Of a stretch of DNA of 64,000 bases, positions 41,044 through 51,062 are shown in pieces. How positions within the stretch are numbered: position 1 is the stretch's first letter; every line of letters begins with the position of its first letter. The translations under genes were made by a program, and so were the position numbers. The stretch comes from an uncultured Bacteroidales bacterium (GTDB lineage: Bacteria > Bacteroidota > Bacteroidia > Bacteroidales > P3). The stretch is from NCBI GenBank assembly GCA_900316515.1, contig ONDE01000002.1:139947-203946 (forward strand). The letters run 5' to 3'. The notes beneath the pieces are model-generated. The model had not been told where the DNA came from. It was given only the letters and a program-made list of their open reading frames with translations, and made no database searches.

Positions 41044-41739
41044 ATGATTGACGTAAAAGGAATCACCAAGTTATATGGCGTACAACGCGCCGTCGACAAT
41101 GCCACTTTCTATGTCGGTCGGGGCGAGATAGTGGGATTGCTTGGCCCTAACGGCGCTGGCAAGTCGACCCTTATGAAGATTCTCACCTGCTTCATACCGC
41201 CTACCGAAGGCGAGGCGACAATATGTGGACACAGCATCTTCGACGACTCTCTCGCAGTGCGCCGCTCCATTGGCTATCTGCCCGAGCACAACCCCCTCTA
41301 TCTGGATATGTATGTGCGCGAATACCTGCGTTTTGCAGCGGGTCTTGGTGGGGTGAAGAATGCCATTGAACGTACCGACGAGGTCATTGAGCTTACCGGC
41401 TTGCAACCCGAAGCCAACAAACGCATCGGCCAGCTCTCCAAAGGCTATCGCCAACGCGTGGGTCTTGCACAAGCCTTGATTCACGACCCACAGGTGCTCA
41501 TCCTCGACGAACCCACAACGGGCCTCGACCCAAACCAGCTGGAGTTCATACGCAATGTTATACGCAATGCAGGTAAGAACAAGGCTGTGTTGCTCTCGAC
41601 CCATATCATGCAGGAGGTCGAGGCTATGTGCAGCCGGGCTATCATCATAAATTACGGTCGCATTGTGGCCGATGAAAACATTACAAACATCAACGCCGGA
41701 CAGCTCACCGAGCAGTTCCATAAGTTGACAATGAATTGA
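41044..41739 (+). CDS. ABC transporter ATP-binding protein
   Basis: It has Walker [10 protein letters not shown], signature LSKGYRQR and Walker [12 protein letters not shown]. It is 231 aa, with no adjacent permease on this strand. Confidence 0.85.
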   Translation: MIDVKGITKLYGVQRAVDNATFYVGRGEIVGLLGPNGAGKSTLMKILTCFIPPTEGEATICGHSIFDDSLAVRRSIGYLPEHNPLYLDMYVREYLRFAAGLGGVKNAIERTDEVIELTGLQPEANKRIGQLSKGYRQRVGLAQALIHDPQVLILDEPTTGLDPNQLEFIRNVIRNAGKNKAVLLSTHIMQEVEAMCSRAIIINYGRIVADENITNINAGQLTEQFHKLTMN

Positions 41740-41743
41740 TTAT

Positions 41744-42565
41744 ATGACCAAGCAAGAGCTTATCAACCTCATTCGCGAGCGCCGTTCGTTCCTCTGCGTC
41801 GGCCTCGACACCGACCCCGCCAAAATGCCCGAGCACCTGCGCTCTGCCAAGGACGGTGTCTTCCAGTTCAACCGCGCCATCATTGACGCCACCATCGACC
41901 ACTGTGTGGCCTACAAGCCCAACCTGGCCTTCTACGAGGCGCTTGGCATAGAAGGTCTGCGTCAGCTTAAACTGACGATGGATTATATCCATGGCCTCGG
42001 CAAGCCCGTATTCACTATCGCCGATGCCAAGCGTGGCGACATCGGCAACACTAGCGAACGCTACGCAAAGGCCTTCCTCGACCCACAGGGCGATTTCAAT
42101 TTCGACGCTATCACCGTGGCTCCCTATATGGGCGCCGACAGCGTTACCCCCTTTACCGTATATCCCGGCAAATGGGTCATCCTGCTGGCTCTCACATCCA
42201 ACAAGGGCGCTTTCGACTTCCAGCTGACCGAGAGCAAGGACGGCACTCCGCTCTATCAGCGTGTGCTCGAGACCTCCAAACAGTGGGGCAACGAGGAGAA
42301 CATGATGTATGTGGTTGGAGCTACCAAGGCCGAGATGCTCACCGACGTGCGTCGCATTGTCCCAGGTTCGTTCCTGCTGGTTCCCGGCGTGGGTGCCCAA
42401 GGTGGCAGCCTCGAAGAGGTGTGCCGCTACGGCCTCACCATGGATTGTGGCCTGCTGGTCAACTCTTCGCGTGGCATAATATACGCCTCAAACGGTACCG
42501 ATTTTGCCGAAGCCGCCGCTCGCGAAGCCTTGAAACTACAGCAGCAGATGGCTGCGGTCTTATAG
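41744..42565 (+). CDS. pyrF: orotidine-5'-phosphate decarboxylase (long/type 2)
   Basis: The 273-aa ORF contains LCVGLDTD...[11 protein letters not shown]...[10 protein letters not shown]. Confidence 0.9.
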   Translation: MTKQELINLIRERRSFLCVGLDTDPAKMPEHLRSAKDGVFQFNRAIIDATIDHCVAYKPNLAFYEALGIEGLRQLKLTMDYIHGLGKPVFTIADAKRGDIGNTSERYAKAFLDPQGDFNFDAITVAPYMGADSVTPFTVYPGKWVILLALTSNKGAFDFQLTESKDGTPLYQRVLETSKQWGNEENMMYVVGATKAEMLTDVRRIVPGSFLLVPGVGAQGGSLEEVCRYGLTMDCGLLVNSSRGIIYASNGTDFAEAAAREALKLQQQMAAVL

Positions 42566-42575
42566 CCTCAATACG

Positions 42576-43019
42576 ATGAACAACAAGGTTACGCTGCACA
42601 TACTGTTGGTAATCACCATGATATGGGCCGGTATGTCTTGCCTGTCCTACCTGATGATGGGACTTATGCTGCCGACATTCCAACAGTATTATGAAGTCCA
42701 CCCCGAAATGATGCCCGAGCAGTTCTACACCATGATGGAACGCATGTTCGAGGTGCCTAGGACCTACTACCTTGTATGTAGTTTCCTTTTTGCACTCGAA
42801 CTGGCTGGAGCTGTCCTCATGTGGAACTTGCGCCGCTCAGGCTTCCATAGCTACGCCATAGCACGCCTGTTGCTCCTGCTGCTGCCGTTGCTATTCCTCG
42901 GCCGTGGATACGTGGCTGTGGGCGACATCATGTTTGCCCTGCTTTTTATCCTTGTCTACTACCTCCTGCTTCGCCAACTTGGCGTCTTTGGAACCAAAAG
43001 TGATGAAACCGAAGGGTAG
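42576..43019 (+). CDS. small membrane protein (about 4 TM), hypothetical
   Basis: The 147-aa ORF has hydrophobic segments. I recognise no family. Confidence 0.5.
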   Translation: MNNKVTLHILLVITMIWAGMSCLSYLMMGLMLPTFQQYYEVHPEMMPEQFYTMMERMFEVPRTYYLVCSFLFALELAGAVLMWNLRRSGFHSYAIARLLLLLLPLLFLGRGYVAVGDIMFALLFILVYYLLLRQLGVFGTKSDETEG

Positions 43020-43093
43020 CACTCCCTTCACTCCCCCCTCACTTCCCCGTCACTCCCCTCCCATTCCCCTCCCATTCCCCTCCCACATCCCCC
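43019..43093. repeat. 75-nt polypyrimidine C-run tract (G-quadruplex-prone on the minus strand), including an 11-bp x3 tandem
   Basis: Ten runs of C>=3 fall within 75 nt. TCCCCTCCCAT occurs at 43054, 43065 and 43076 (the last copy ends in C). Confidence 0.85.
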
Positions 43094-43226
43094 AAGGTGT
43101 GGTGATACGGTATCCCGATTACTTAAATATTCAAAAAAAATTACACTATATATAATAAAACATCTTATAGTGAGTTACTATATAGTTATCGGTTGTTGTG
43201 CCGACAAATGTAACATATACTGATAG

Positions 43227-45773
43227 ATGAAAGATTATAAGCGACTGCTGCTGGCAGTTATATTGATACTCAATGTCTTCGCCCTGCGGGCACAGACCGT
43301 TGTTGGCTCCGACGACGGCTACGATTTCGACTACCTCACCCCCAAGACCTACGAGATTGGCGGCATCAGTTTCGAAGGTGCCGACAACTTCGACACACGT
43401 GTCGTGCAACTTGTGGCGGGCCTGCAGGTGGGCGACCGAATCAAGATCCCTGGCGACAAACTCTCGGCTGCCGTCGACAACCTCTGGAAGCAAGGCATGT
43501 TCGAGGATGTGCAGATCCGCGTAAGCCGCCTACAAGGCAACATAGCTTTTCTCAAGGTTGTCCTCAAGGAACGCCCCAGAATGGACAAATTCTCCTTCAC
43601 CGGCGTGCGCAAGGGCGAGGCCGACAAACTTCGCGAAGAAATCAAGATAGGTACTGGCGAAGTGGTGACGGAGAACATGCTCCGCACGTCGGTGAATAAA
43701 ATCAAAGGCTACTACATCGACAAAGGCTACACCCGTGTGGAGGTGAACCCCACCACTGAGGCCGACAGCACCGGACGTGTGACTGTGACATTCAACGTCA
43801 AACGTGGCAAGAAGGTCAAGATCGACTCACTGATATTTGTGGGCAACGAACAGCTGAGCGACATCAAGCTGCAGACCAAGATGGAAAAGACCCACGACGT
43901 GCACTACTTCTGGAAACTGCGCTTCTGGACAAAGGCCTTCTGGAAAAAGAGCCGCTACATTGAGAACGACTTCCGCGAAGACCTCGGCAAGGTAATCGAC
44001 TACTACAACGAGCAGGGCTACCGCGACGCCCGCGTGATGAGCGACACCGTGTGGGATGTGCCTGCCGACGAACTCAAGGTCAGCGAAAAGAACAAAGCCA
44101 AGCAGGACCGCGTGAAGGTGAGGGTGAATATTTACGAAGGCCAGCGCTTCTACTTCCGCAACATCACCTTCAGCGGCAACACCGTGTATGGCGACGACGT
44201 GCTCAGCCGTGCCCTGCGCATAAAGAAAGGCGACCCCTACAACAAGAAGGACCTCGAACAGAACCTCACATACAACCCCTCGGGCACCGACATCACCTCG
44301 CTCTACATGGACAACGGATACCTCTTCTTCCGCGCCACACCTGTCGAAGTGGCCGTCGAGGGCGACTCGATAGACATCGAGATTCGCATCGTCGAGGGCA
44401 AACAGGCCAGAATACGCAACGTCTGGGTCGAGGGCAACACCATCACCAACGACAAGATTATCATGCGCGAACTGCACACCCGCCCCGGCGACCTCTTCAG
44501 CCGCGATGCCGTAATCCGCAGCCAGCGCGAGTTGGTCACACTCGGATACTTCAAGCAGGAAAGCATCGTCCCCGAGCCTCGCCCCAACCAGGAGGACGGC
44601 ACCGTCGATATCGTCTACAAGGTCGAAGAAGGCTCCACCAGCCAACTCAACCTGCAGGGCGGCTACGGTAGCGGCATGGTCATCGGACAGGTTGGCATAC
44701 AGCTCAACAACTTCAGCGTGCGCAATATCTTCAAGAAGGACGCCTGGGTGCCACTGCCCGCCGGCGACGGACAGAAACTGAGCCTCAACGCCGTGACCAA
44801 CGGTACTTACTACTACGCACTCAGCGGCTCGTTCACCGAACCCTGGCTTGGTGGCAAACGTGCCCAAAGCCTCACGGTGAGCCTCTACCACAACCTCTAC
44901 AGCAACGGCTTCTATTACAAGAAAGACAGCGAGAAATACTATAGCCTGAAAATTACAGGTGCTGGCGTGAGCTTCTCGAAACGCCTGAAATGGCCTGACG
45001 ACTACTTCATCATGAGCCACGGCCTCAGCTACAAGCACTATGTGCTCGACAACTACAGCATTAATTCGAGCATCTTCACCGACGGCGTGGCTAACGACCT
45101 TAGCTATGGCTTCACGCTGAGCCGCAACTCGTTCGACTCGCCCATCTACACCCGCAGCGGCTCTGAGGTTAGCGTTGTAACCTATTTCACACCTCCCTAT
45201 TCGTTCCTGTCGGGCAAAGATTTCAGCAGTGCTACAGCACAGGAAAAATACAAATGGACAGAATACTACAAGATTAACATCCGCGGCTCGTGGATGCTCA
45301 ACCTCGTTGGCGACGTGGTGCTGAACACCCGCTTCCGCTTCGGCTTCATGGGCTACTACAACAAGGACATCGGCCTCTCGCCCTTCGGACGCTACTTCGT
45401 GGGCGGCGACGGCCTGTCATCGTGGATGCTCGATGGTCGCGAGGTGGTACCGCTGCGCGGCTACGAGAACAACTCGCTCGGCGCCAGTGCCAAGGGCGGC
45501 GGCGCTGTGTTCGACCGCTTCACCCTCGAGTTGCGCCAACCCATCATCGAGAGCGCCAATGCCACAATCTGGGTGGCAGGCTTCCTCGAAGGCGGCAACT
45601 GCTGGGCCGACCTCAAGGAGTTCCAACCCTTCAGCATGTACAACTCGGCCGGTGTCGGCGTACGCCTGTTCATGCCCATGTTCGGCCTTATCGGCGTCGA
45701 CTGGGGCTACGGCTTCCAAGGCAACAGCGGCGGCAGCCACTTCCACTTCTCCATCGGTCAAAGCCTCGACTAA
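43227..45773 (+). CDS. bamA: outer membrane protein assembly factor BamA
   Basis: The 848-aa ORF has POTRA repeats (EIGGISFEGADNF..., IRNVWVEGNTITNDKIIMREL) and a C-terminal barrel ending HFHFSIGQSLD. Confidence 0.9.
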   Translation: MKDYKRLLLAVILILNVFALRAQTVVGSDDGYDFDYLTPKTYEIGGISFEGADNFDTRVVQLVAGLQVGDRIKIPGDKLSAAVDNLWKQGMFEDVQIRVSRLQGNIAFLKVVLKERPRMDKFSFTGVRKGEADKLREEIKIGTGEVVTENMLRTSVNKIKGYYIDKGYTRVEVNPTTEADSTGRVTVTFNVKRGKKVKIDSLIFVGNEQLSDIKLQTKMEKTHDVHYFWKLRFWTKAFWKKSRYIENDFREDLGKVIDYYNEQGYRDARVMSDTVWDVPADELKVSEKNKAKQDRVKVRVNIYEGQRFYFRNITFSGNTVYGDDVLSRALRIKKGDPYNKKDLEQNLTYNPSGTDITSLYMDNGYLFFRATPVEVAVEGDSIDIEIRIVEGKQARIRNVWVEGNTITNDKIIMRELHTRPGDLFSRDAVIRSQRELVTLGYFKQESIVPEPRPNQEDGTVDIVYKVEEGSTSQLNLQGGYGSGMVIGQVGIQLNNFSVRNIFKKDAWVPLPAGDGQKLSLNAVTNGTYYYALSGSFTEPWLGGKRAQSLTVSLYHNLYSNGFYYKKDSEKYYSLKITGAGVSFSKRLKWPDDYFIMSHGLSYKHYVLDNYSINSSIFTDGVANDLSYGFTLSRNSFDSPIYTRSGSEVSVVTYFTPPYSFLSGKDFSSATAQEKYKWTEYYKINIRGSWMLNLVGDVVLNTRFRFGFMGYYNKDIGLSPFGRYFVGGDGLSSWMLDGREVVPLRGYENNSLGASAKGGGAVFDRFTLELRQPIIESANATIWVAGFLEGGNCWADLKEFQPFSMYNSAGVGVRLFMPMFGLIGVDWGYGFQGNSGGSHFHFSIGQSLD

Positions 45774-45803
45774 CATAAGCGAATGACTAATACTGGAATT
45801 GAA

Positions 45804-46496
45804 ATGGTAAACAACAAGCACATAAGCGTCATACTTAAAGCGGCACTCTGTGTCTCTGTTATTTTCACTTTTCACTTTTCACTTTTCACTTCCGCATTTG
45901 CACAGAAGTATGCATGCGTGAATACCGACTATGTGCTGCGCAGCATTCCCGACTACAGCAGCGCACAGAAGCGCCTCGATAAGTACGTCGCCGATTGGCA
46001 AAAGGAGCTTTCCGACAAGGCCGCCGAACTCGACGCCATGCGTGCCGACTTCGAGCAGGACAACTACCTGTTGCCCGAGAACTTGAAGAAGCGCCGTCAA
46101 GAGGAAATAAAGGCAAAGGAACAGGAGATAAGCGCCCTGCAGCACCAACGCTTTGGTGCAGGCGGAGACCTCGACAAGAAACGCGCCGAACTCCTCAAAC
46201 CGGTGCAGGACCGCGTGTACAATACCATCGAGCGTGTGGCGCAGGAGAAGAACTACGCCTTCGTGTTCGACAAGGCCGCCAGTGCCACCCTCTTGTTCGC
46301 CAACAAGAAGTATGACATCAGCGACGAGGTGCTCGAATTGCTCGGCTACAAACCCAATGCCGCCTCCGAGCAGCAGCAGAAAGACGATAAAGGCTCGGAA
46401 AAGGCCAAGAAACCTAGCAACCCGGAAATGCGTAAGCCGGGCATGGACAAAGACAGACGTGATGTCATGCCCCCCATGGGAGCCATGAAAAAATAA
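45804..46496 (+). CDS. OmpH/Skp family periplasmic chaperone
   Basis: A signal peptide is followed by a coiled-coil OmpH pattern (VNTDYVLRSIPDY...KELSDKAAELDAM...) and a basic/acidic tail. The start (45783 or 45804) is uncertain. Confidence 0.8.
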   Translation: MVNNKHISVILKAALCVSVIFTFHFSLFTSAFAQKYACVNTDYVLRSIPDYSSAQKRLDKYVADWQKELSDKAAELDAMRADFEQDNYLLPENLKKRRQEEIKAKEQEISALQHQRFGAGGDLDKKRAELLKPVQDRVYNTIERVAQEKNYAFVFDKAASATLLFANKKYDISDEVLELLGYKPNAASEQQQKDDKGSEKAKKPSNPEMRKPGMDKDRRDVMPPMGAMKK

Positions 46497-46523
46497 GGAA
46501 ATAATAAAAACTGATACAACAAA

Positions 46524-47036
46524 ATGAAAAAGACTTTAATCGCAATTGTGGCATGCATGCTCGCTTTCGGCGGCACTGCCGTTGCCCAGAAGAGTGTTAA
46601 ACTCGGTCACATCAACTCCAACGACCTCATGCAGATTATGCCTGGCCGCGATTCGGCACAGACGGTATTGCAGGCCGAAGTGACTGAACTCGAAGAAACC
46701 CTTAAAAGTATGCAGGCCGAAGCCGAGAAACGTTACAATGACTATGTCGCCAACCAGGCCGGTTGGACAGAGCTTATCCGTCAGACAAAACAGCGCGAGA
46801 TTCAGGATATGGCTACCCGTATGGAGGAGTTCCAAAAGAACGCCCAGGAGCAGCTCCAAGCCCGCGAAGCCGAACTCCTGAAACCTATCATCGACCGCGC
46901 CAAGAAAGCTATAGAAGATGTGGCTAAAGAAGGCGGTTATACTTACATCCTCGATGCCGGCACCGCTGCCATTCTTTACTCTCAGGACAGCGACGACATT
47001 ATGCCTCAAGTGAAGAAAAAATTAGGCCTTAAATAA
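46524..47036 (+). CDS. OmpH/Skp family periplasmic chaperone
   Basis: The 170-aa ORF has a signal peptide and the OmpH pattern (KLGHINSNDLMQIMP...). It follows the conserved bamA-skp-skp arrangement. Confidence 0.85.
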   Translation: MKKTLIAIVACMLAFGGTAVAQKSVKLGHINSNDLMQIMPGRDSAQTVLQAEVTELEETLKSMQAEAEKRYNDYVANQAGWTELIRQTKQREIQDMATRMEEFQKNAQEQLQAREAELLKPIIDRAKKAIEDVAKEGGYTYILDAGTAAILYSQDSDDIMPQVKKKLGLK

Positions 47037-47050
47037 ACAGAATAAATAAA

Positions 47051-47094
47051 AGAGAGAGAGGGCCACGCTTCGGCGTGGCCCTCTCTCTCTTTTT
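47051..47094. terminator. bidirectional rho-independent terminator
   Basis: An 18-bp perfect stem, AGAGAGAGAGGGCCACGC (47051-47068) with GCGTGGCCCTCTCTCTCT (73-90), has loop TTCG. It is flanked by AAA on the left and TTTT on the right, between convergent genes. Confidence 0.8.
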
Positions 47095-47105
47095 GCAGTC
47101 TTTCG

Positions 47106-48539
47106 TTATTTCTTGCGCTTGCTCATCCAGCGCTCTATAATCTCTTCGGTGACCGGAGTGCGCAGGATGACCATAGCCATACGGTTGTTCTCCTGCGGGT
47201 CGTAGTCGGTAATACCGCCGACGGGCACCACGATGAGCTGGTTGCCATCCACCTCGAAGTGGTCGACAAGCATGTTGTAGGCAGCCTCGCAACGACGCTC
47301 AGAGAGCCAGAGGTTGTGACGCACAGTACCTGTCGCCGAGTCTGCGGCACCGACAATGTAGAACTCTACTGTGTCGTCCATGGCGTTGAGCTCCTTGGCG
47401 AAGTTCTGCAGACGCTTGCGGCCGTTGTAGTCAAGCTCATAGCGGTCGAGCTGGAAGTATACTATGGTGGAGGGCAAGCCCATAACTTCGTTCATCTGTA
47501 TCAGCTCTTCAAGCACATTGACAGGCCTGTAGGGCAGCGACTGTACCGAGTCGAGCTGATCCTGCAGATTGGCCAGTTCCTTGTTCATGGAGGCCAACTT
47601 GGCAGAGTCTTGTGCACCCCGCTTGTCGGAGAGGTTCTGGATGGAGTCGATATTGCGGTTGAGGCGCTCTATGCGGCCGTTGAGCGAGGGAATGGTGTTG
47701 CGCGAGCCGAAGGAGAGGAACTCGTGGTTCACCTTTTCGCGATTCGACTTCTTGGTATAGGGATTGTATTTGGTAACGTTGCTCAGCAGGTTGAATCGGG
47801 CACCGATGTTGAACGACGGTATAATGTCGAAACGGGAATAGCTGTTGTCGTATGGCGACCAATCCCATGTCGACTCCGATCCGAATAGTTCAATGGTCAT
47901 ATTGAGCGCCAAATCCTGCGACACCTCGTATTCTACACCGAGGCCGGCCGAGTAGGCAAGCTCGAAGTTCTTCCTGAAGGCACCAAGCTCGAACTCGTCT
48001 GTGCCACGCGGATTGCGCTGCGGTCCGAAGAGCATCGAGGCTCCTAGGCCAATGGGAGTGAAGATGTGTGTCTTTGTCCGTTTACCTATCTCATAACCGC
48101 TAAGGAAGTTTGTCCAGTCGAGGGTGACATATCCCATCAAGATGGCCGCATAGGCGTGGAAGGGGTAGTAGCCGTTTTCGTTGGGTATATCGTTTATCTT
48201 GTCGATGAAAGGTTGTCTGCCGTACATGGTTTGTCCGTCGACATTGAACATACCAAAACGCAGTGATACAGCTACATCGGGGATAATCCATTTGCCGATT
48301 TCAGCCTTTATGTTGAAGTTCAGCTTATTGTGACGTGCGGAAGCTTCAAGTTCGTTGCCGATGAATGTCTGTATGCCTGCTCCTGTGATGATATACCAGT
48401 TGTCGAATGGCGACGCGATGATGTAGAGCAATGTGTCTCGGTCGGCACCAAGAGAGAATCCTCTACGGGAAAAGTTCTGTGCGTTAAGTACAGAGGAGGT
48501 TGCGAGTAGAATAGTGAGTAAAATAAATACCTTTTTCAT
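47106..48539 (-). CDS. OmpA family protein
   Basis: The 477-aa ORF has a signal peptide, a barrel-like N-terminal half, a coiled-coil segment and a C-terminal OmpA-like domain (VYFQLDRYELD...GAADSATGTVRHNLWLSERR). Confidence 0.78.
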   Translation of the reverse strand: MKKVFILLTILLATSSVLNAQNFSRRGFSLGADRDTLLYIIASPFDNWYIITGAGIQTFIGNELEASARHNKLNFNIKAEIGKWIIPDVAVSLRFGMFNVDGQTMYGRQPFIDKINDIPNENGYYPFHAYAAILMGYVTLDWTNFLSGYEIGKRTKTHIFTPIGLGASMLFGPQRNPRGTDEFELGAFRKNFELAYSAGLGVEYEVSQDLALNMTIELFGSESTWDWSPYDNSYSRFDIIPSFNIGARFNLLSNVTKYNPYTKKSNREKVNHEFLSFGSRNTIPSLNGRIERLNRNIDSIQNLSDKRGAQDSAKLASMNKELANLQDQLDSVQSLPYRPVNVLEELIQMNEVMGLPSTIVYFQLDRYELDYNGRKRLQNFAKELNAMDDTVEFYIVGAADSATGTVRHNLWLSERRCEAAYNMLVDHFEVDGNQLIVVPVGGITDYDPQENNRMAMVILRTPVTEEIIERWMSKRKK

Positions 48540-48580
48540 ATTTTATACTTACATATATATATATATCAGTCGTTTATATT

Positions 48581-51052
48581 TTATTTCTTTCGTTCTTTCT
48601 TGTCGTCTTTGGTATCCTCGGAACTTTCCGATTCATCTTCGCCATAGCCGTAACCATAGCCGTAACCATAGCCATAACCATAGCCGTAACCGTAGCCATA
48701 CCCGTAACCATAGCCATAGCCGTATTTACGCTCTATTGGCGTCAGCTTGCGGTAGTGGACATCGTTGAGCAGCAACGCCATGTTGGGGAACGCGTGCTCG
48801 TTGTACATTGTGTCGATGCTTTCAAGCATACGTTTGTCGAACTTGCCAGAACGTATGACGAAGAGGGTGTTGTCGACGAGGTGTTTAATTATATCGGTGT
48901 CAACGACAAGACCCGTGGGGGCTGTGTCGAAGACTATATAATCGTAATTGTTGCGAAGTTCGTTGAGCAGGTTGTCCAAGCGGCCGTTGCCTAAAAGCTC
49001 GGTGGGGTTGGGCGGTATGGGACCGGTGAAGATGCTGTCCACACCGGTGCATATGATGTCGTGCTTCACAAGCGCCTGCCAATTGTCGGTCTTGCCTGCA
49101 AGGTAGTTCGACAGGCCTGCGTGACGGCGCGAGTAGAAGAGTCTCGTCAAGGAACCGCGCCGCAGGTCGAGGTCGAGGATGACAATCTTCTTGCCAGAGA
49201 TACCGATACTGGCGGCAAGGTTTGCAGAGATGAAGGTCTTGCCCATAGCAGGCAACAGCGAGGTAATCATTATCACGCGTGTCTGCGAATTTGAACTGTT
49301 GCCAAGGAAATTGACCTTTGAACGCAACAGCCGGAACGATTCGGACATTGAGTCGTGGTCGTGCGCAGTAACCACCACCACTCGGTCGTCGTCTTTGTCG
49401 CGCGCAGGTATCTCGCACAGGAACGGGGCCGAAGTTATTTTAGTGACATCGTTGTAGTATTTAACCTTGGTGTCGAACAGACGGCGCAGGAAGAATATGG
49501 CTACCGGCACCATCAATCCAAGCACCAAGCCTATCATCGTCGAACGCTTATCGTTGGGCGCTATGGGGTTTCGGTTTACGCGGGCGGGGTCCAGTATCTT
49601 GCCGTTGGGCTCGATTGAAGGCTGGCTGATCATCAACTCCTCACGGCGACTGAGCAGGTGCAGATAGAGGTCTTCCTTGATCTTCTGTGTGCGTTCAAGG
49701 TTTTCGATGTATATCTGTTGCTGCGGCACCTGGCTCATCTTGTTCGATGCCATGCTGACAGCAATCTGTGCCTCCGAGATACGCTCTTGCAACACACCGA
49801 TGTATACATCCAGCAGGTTGTTCATGCTGACACGGATATTGGTGAGTTCGTTAAGCTTCTGTTTCACCACAGGGTTGTTCTGCGTTTCGTACTGCTCAAG
49901 TTCCAACACCAGCGCATTGTGCTGTCCTATGAGCGACATCACATGCTCCTCGTTGATGCCAATGTTGGGTGGTATCAGTTTGGCTTTCTCTCCGCTTTCA
50001 TTGAGCTGTACAAGGTAGCGGGCCATCGAGAGTTGCTTCTTCAAGCGATCCACCTCTTCCGAGTTCTGTATGCTGGTGGCAAGGTAGTTCTGGCCAAATT
50101 CGGAGATGTTCAGCAGTTGGTTCTCGCGCTTGAAGTTGGCCAGCGCACTCTCTTCAATGCCCAGGTCGGCGTGCAGCAGCTGCAGACGCTCGTTGATGTA
50201 GTCGTAAGTATAGGCTATGATGCGCTTTTTGTCGCGTATGGCATCGTCGTTGTATACGCGTATGGCTTCGTTGATGACGTCGGCGGCACGTATGGGCGAT
50301 GGGTCTTGCAGCGAGATGTTGATGATGGTGTTGAAGTCGTCGTTGCGAGTCACCTGCAAGGCATAGCGGTAGTAGTCGGCCGTGGCGTTCAGACTTTTGT
50401 GGCTTACCGTTATAGGCTCTCCATTTAACCCGGAAGTGTAGAACCAGGTGCTGTTCACCACGATGCTGGTGCCTAAAGGCAGGGCCACCGTATCGCCGAG
50501 TTTTACTTCCATGGGTTCGTATCCCTCCATGTTGACCTGCACCTTGCTGCTGTCCATCGGCGTGATGTCGAAACTGAACCAGTCGTCCTCGTTGTCATTG
50601 ATGAACGATACCTCGATTGGCGATTCTCCGTATAGGTCTTTGACACGGTTGACTATGCGCGTTTTCTGGGTATATGTGGTGTTGAGTTTCAGATTGCGGG
50701 TAACCTCCGTGATGGCCGACTTCGAGGTGAGTATCATCATCTCGTTGTTGATGTTGCTGTTGTACAGCGAGCGGGTGCTGAACATATTGCGCACCGTGGC
50801 TTCGCGCATGGTGGTGTTGTCGTTGTTGCTGCTGGTCGACGAGCCTTTGATAAGCACACGGGCCGAACTCTCATACACTCGGTTCTGGTGGTGTGCATGG
50901 AAATAGAACCCCAAAGCTCCTATCGTGCCGCACAGTATCAACCAGTGCAGATTGCGCAACACGATGAAAAGCACGTCCTTGATGTGTATCTTCTGTGTGC
51001 CTTTCTCCTCGAGGAATGAGGTGTCATTGTTTTTGTGCTCGTTTTCGGCCAT
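48581..51052 (-). CDS. polysaccharide co-polymerase / tyrosine autokinase (Wzz + BY-kinase fusion)
   Basis: The 823-aa ORF has a Wzz-like N-terminus with a coiled-coil periplasmic region, a kinase domain with Walker A (ITSLLPAMGKTF) and a Walker B-like VFDTAP. The C-terminus has a Tyr cluster present as (YG)14. Confidence 0.88.
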   Translation of the reverse strand: MAENEHKNNDTSFLEEKGTQKIHIKDVLFIVLRNLHWLILCGTIGALGFYFHAHHQNRVYESSARVLIKGSSTSSNNDNTTMREATVRNMFSTRSLYNSNINNEMMILTSKSAITEVTRNLKLNTTYTQKTRIVNRVKDLYGESPIEVSFINDNEDDWFSFDITPMDSSKVQVNMEGYEPMEVKLGDTVALPLGTSIVVNSTWFYTSGLNGEPITVSHKSLNATADYYRYALQVTRNDDFNTIINISLQDPSPIRAADVINEAIRVYNDDAIRDKKRIIAYTYDYINERLQLLHADLGIEESALANFKRENQLLNISEFGQNYLATSIQNSEEVDRLKKQLSMARYLVQLNESGEKAKLIPPNIGINEEHVMSLIGQHNALVLELEQYETQNNPVVKQKLNELTNIRVSMNNLLDVYIGVLQERISEAQIAVSMASNKMSQVPQQQIYIENLERTQKIKEDLYLHLLSRREELMISQPSIEPNGKILDPARVNRNPIAPNDKRSTMIGLVLGLMVPVAIFFLRRLFDTKVKYYNDVTKITSAPFLCEIPARDKDDDRVVVVTAHDHDSMSESFRLLRSKVNFLGNSSNSQTRVIMITSLLPAMGKTFISANLAASIGISGKKIVILDLDLRRGSLTRLFYSRRHAGLSNYLAGKTDNWQALVKHDIICTGVDSIFTGPIPPNPTELLGNGRLDNLLNELRNNYDYIVFDTAPTGLVVDTDIIKHLVDNTLFVIRSGKFDKRMLESIDTMYNEHAFPNMALLLNDVHYRKLTPIERKYGYGYGYGYGYGYGYGYGYGYGYGYGYGEDESESSEDTKDDKKERKK

Positions 51053-51062
51053 TGCTGTTCTG

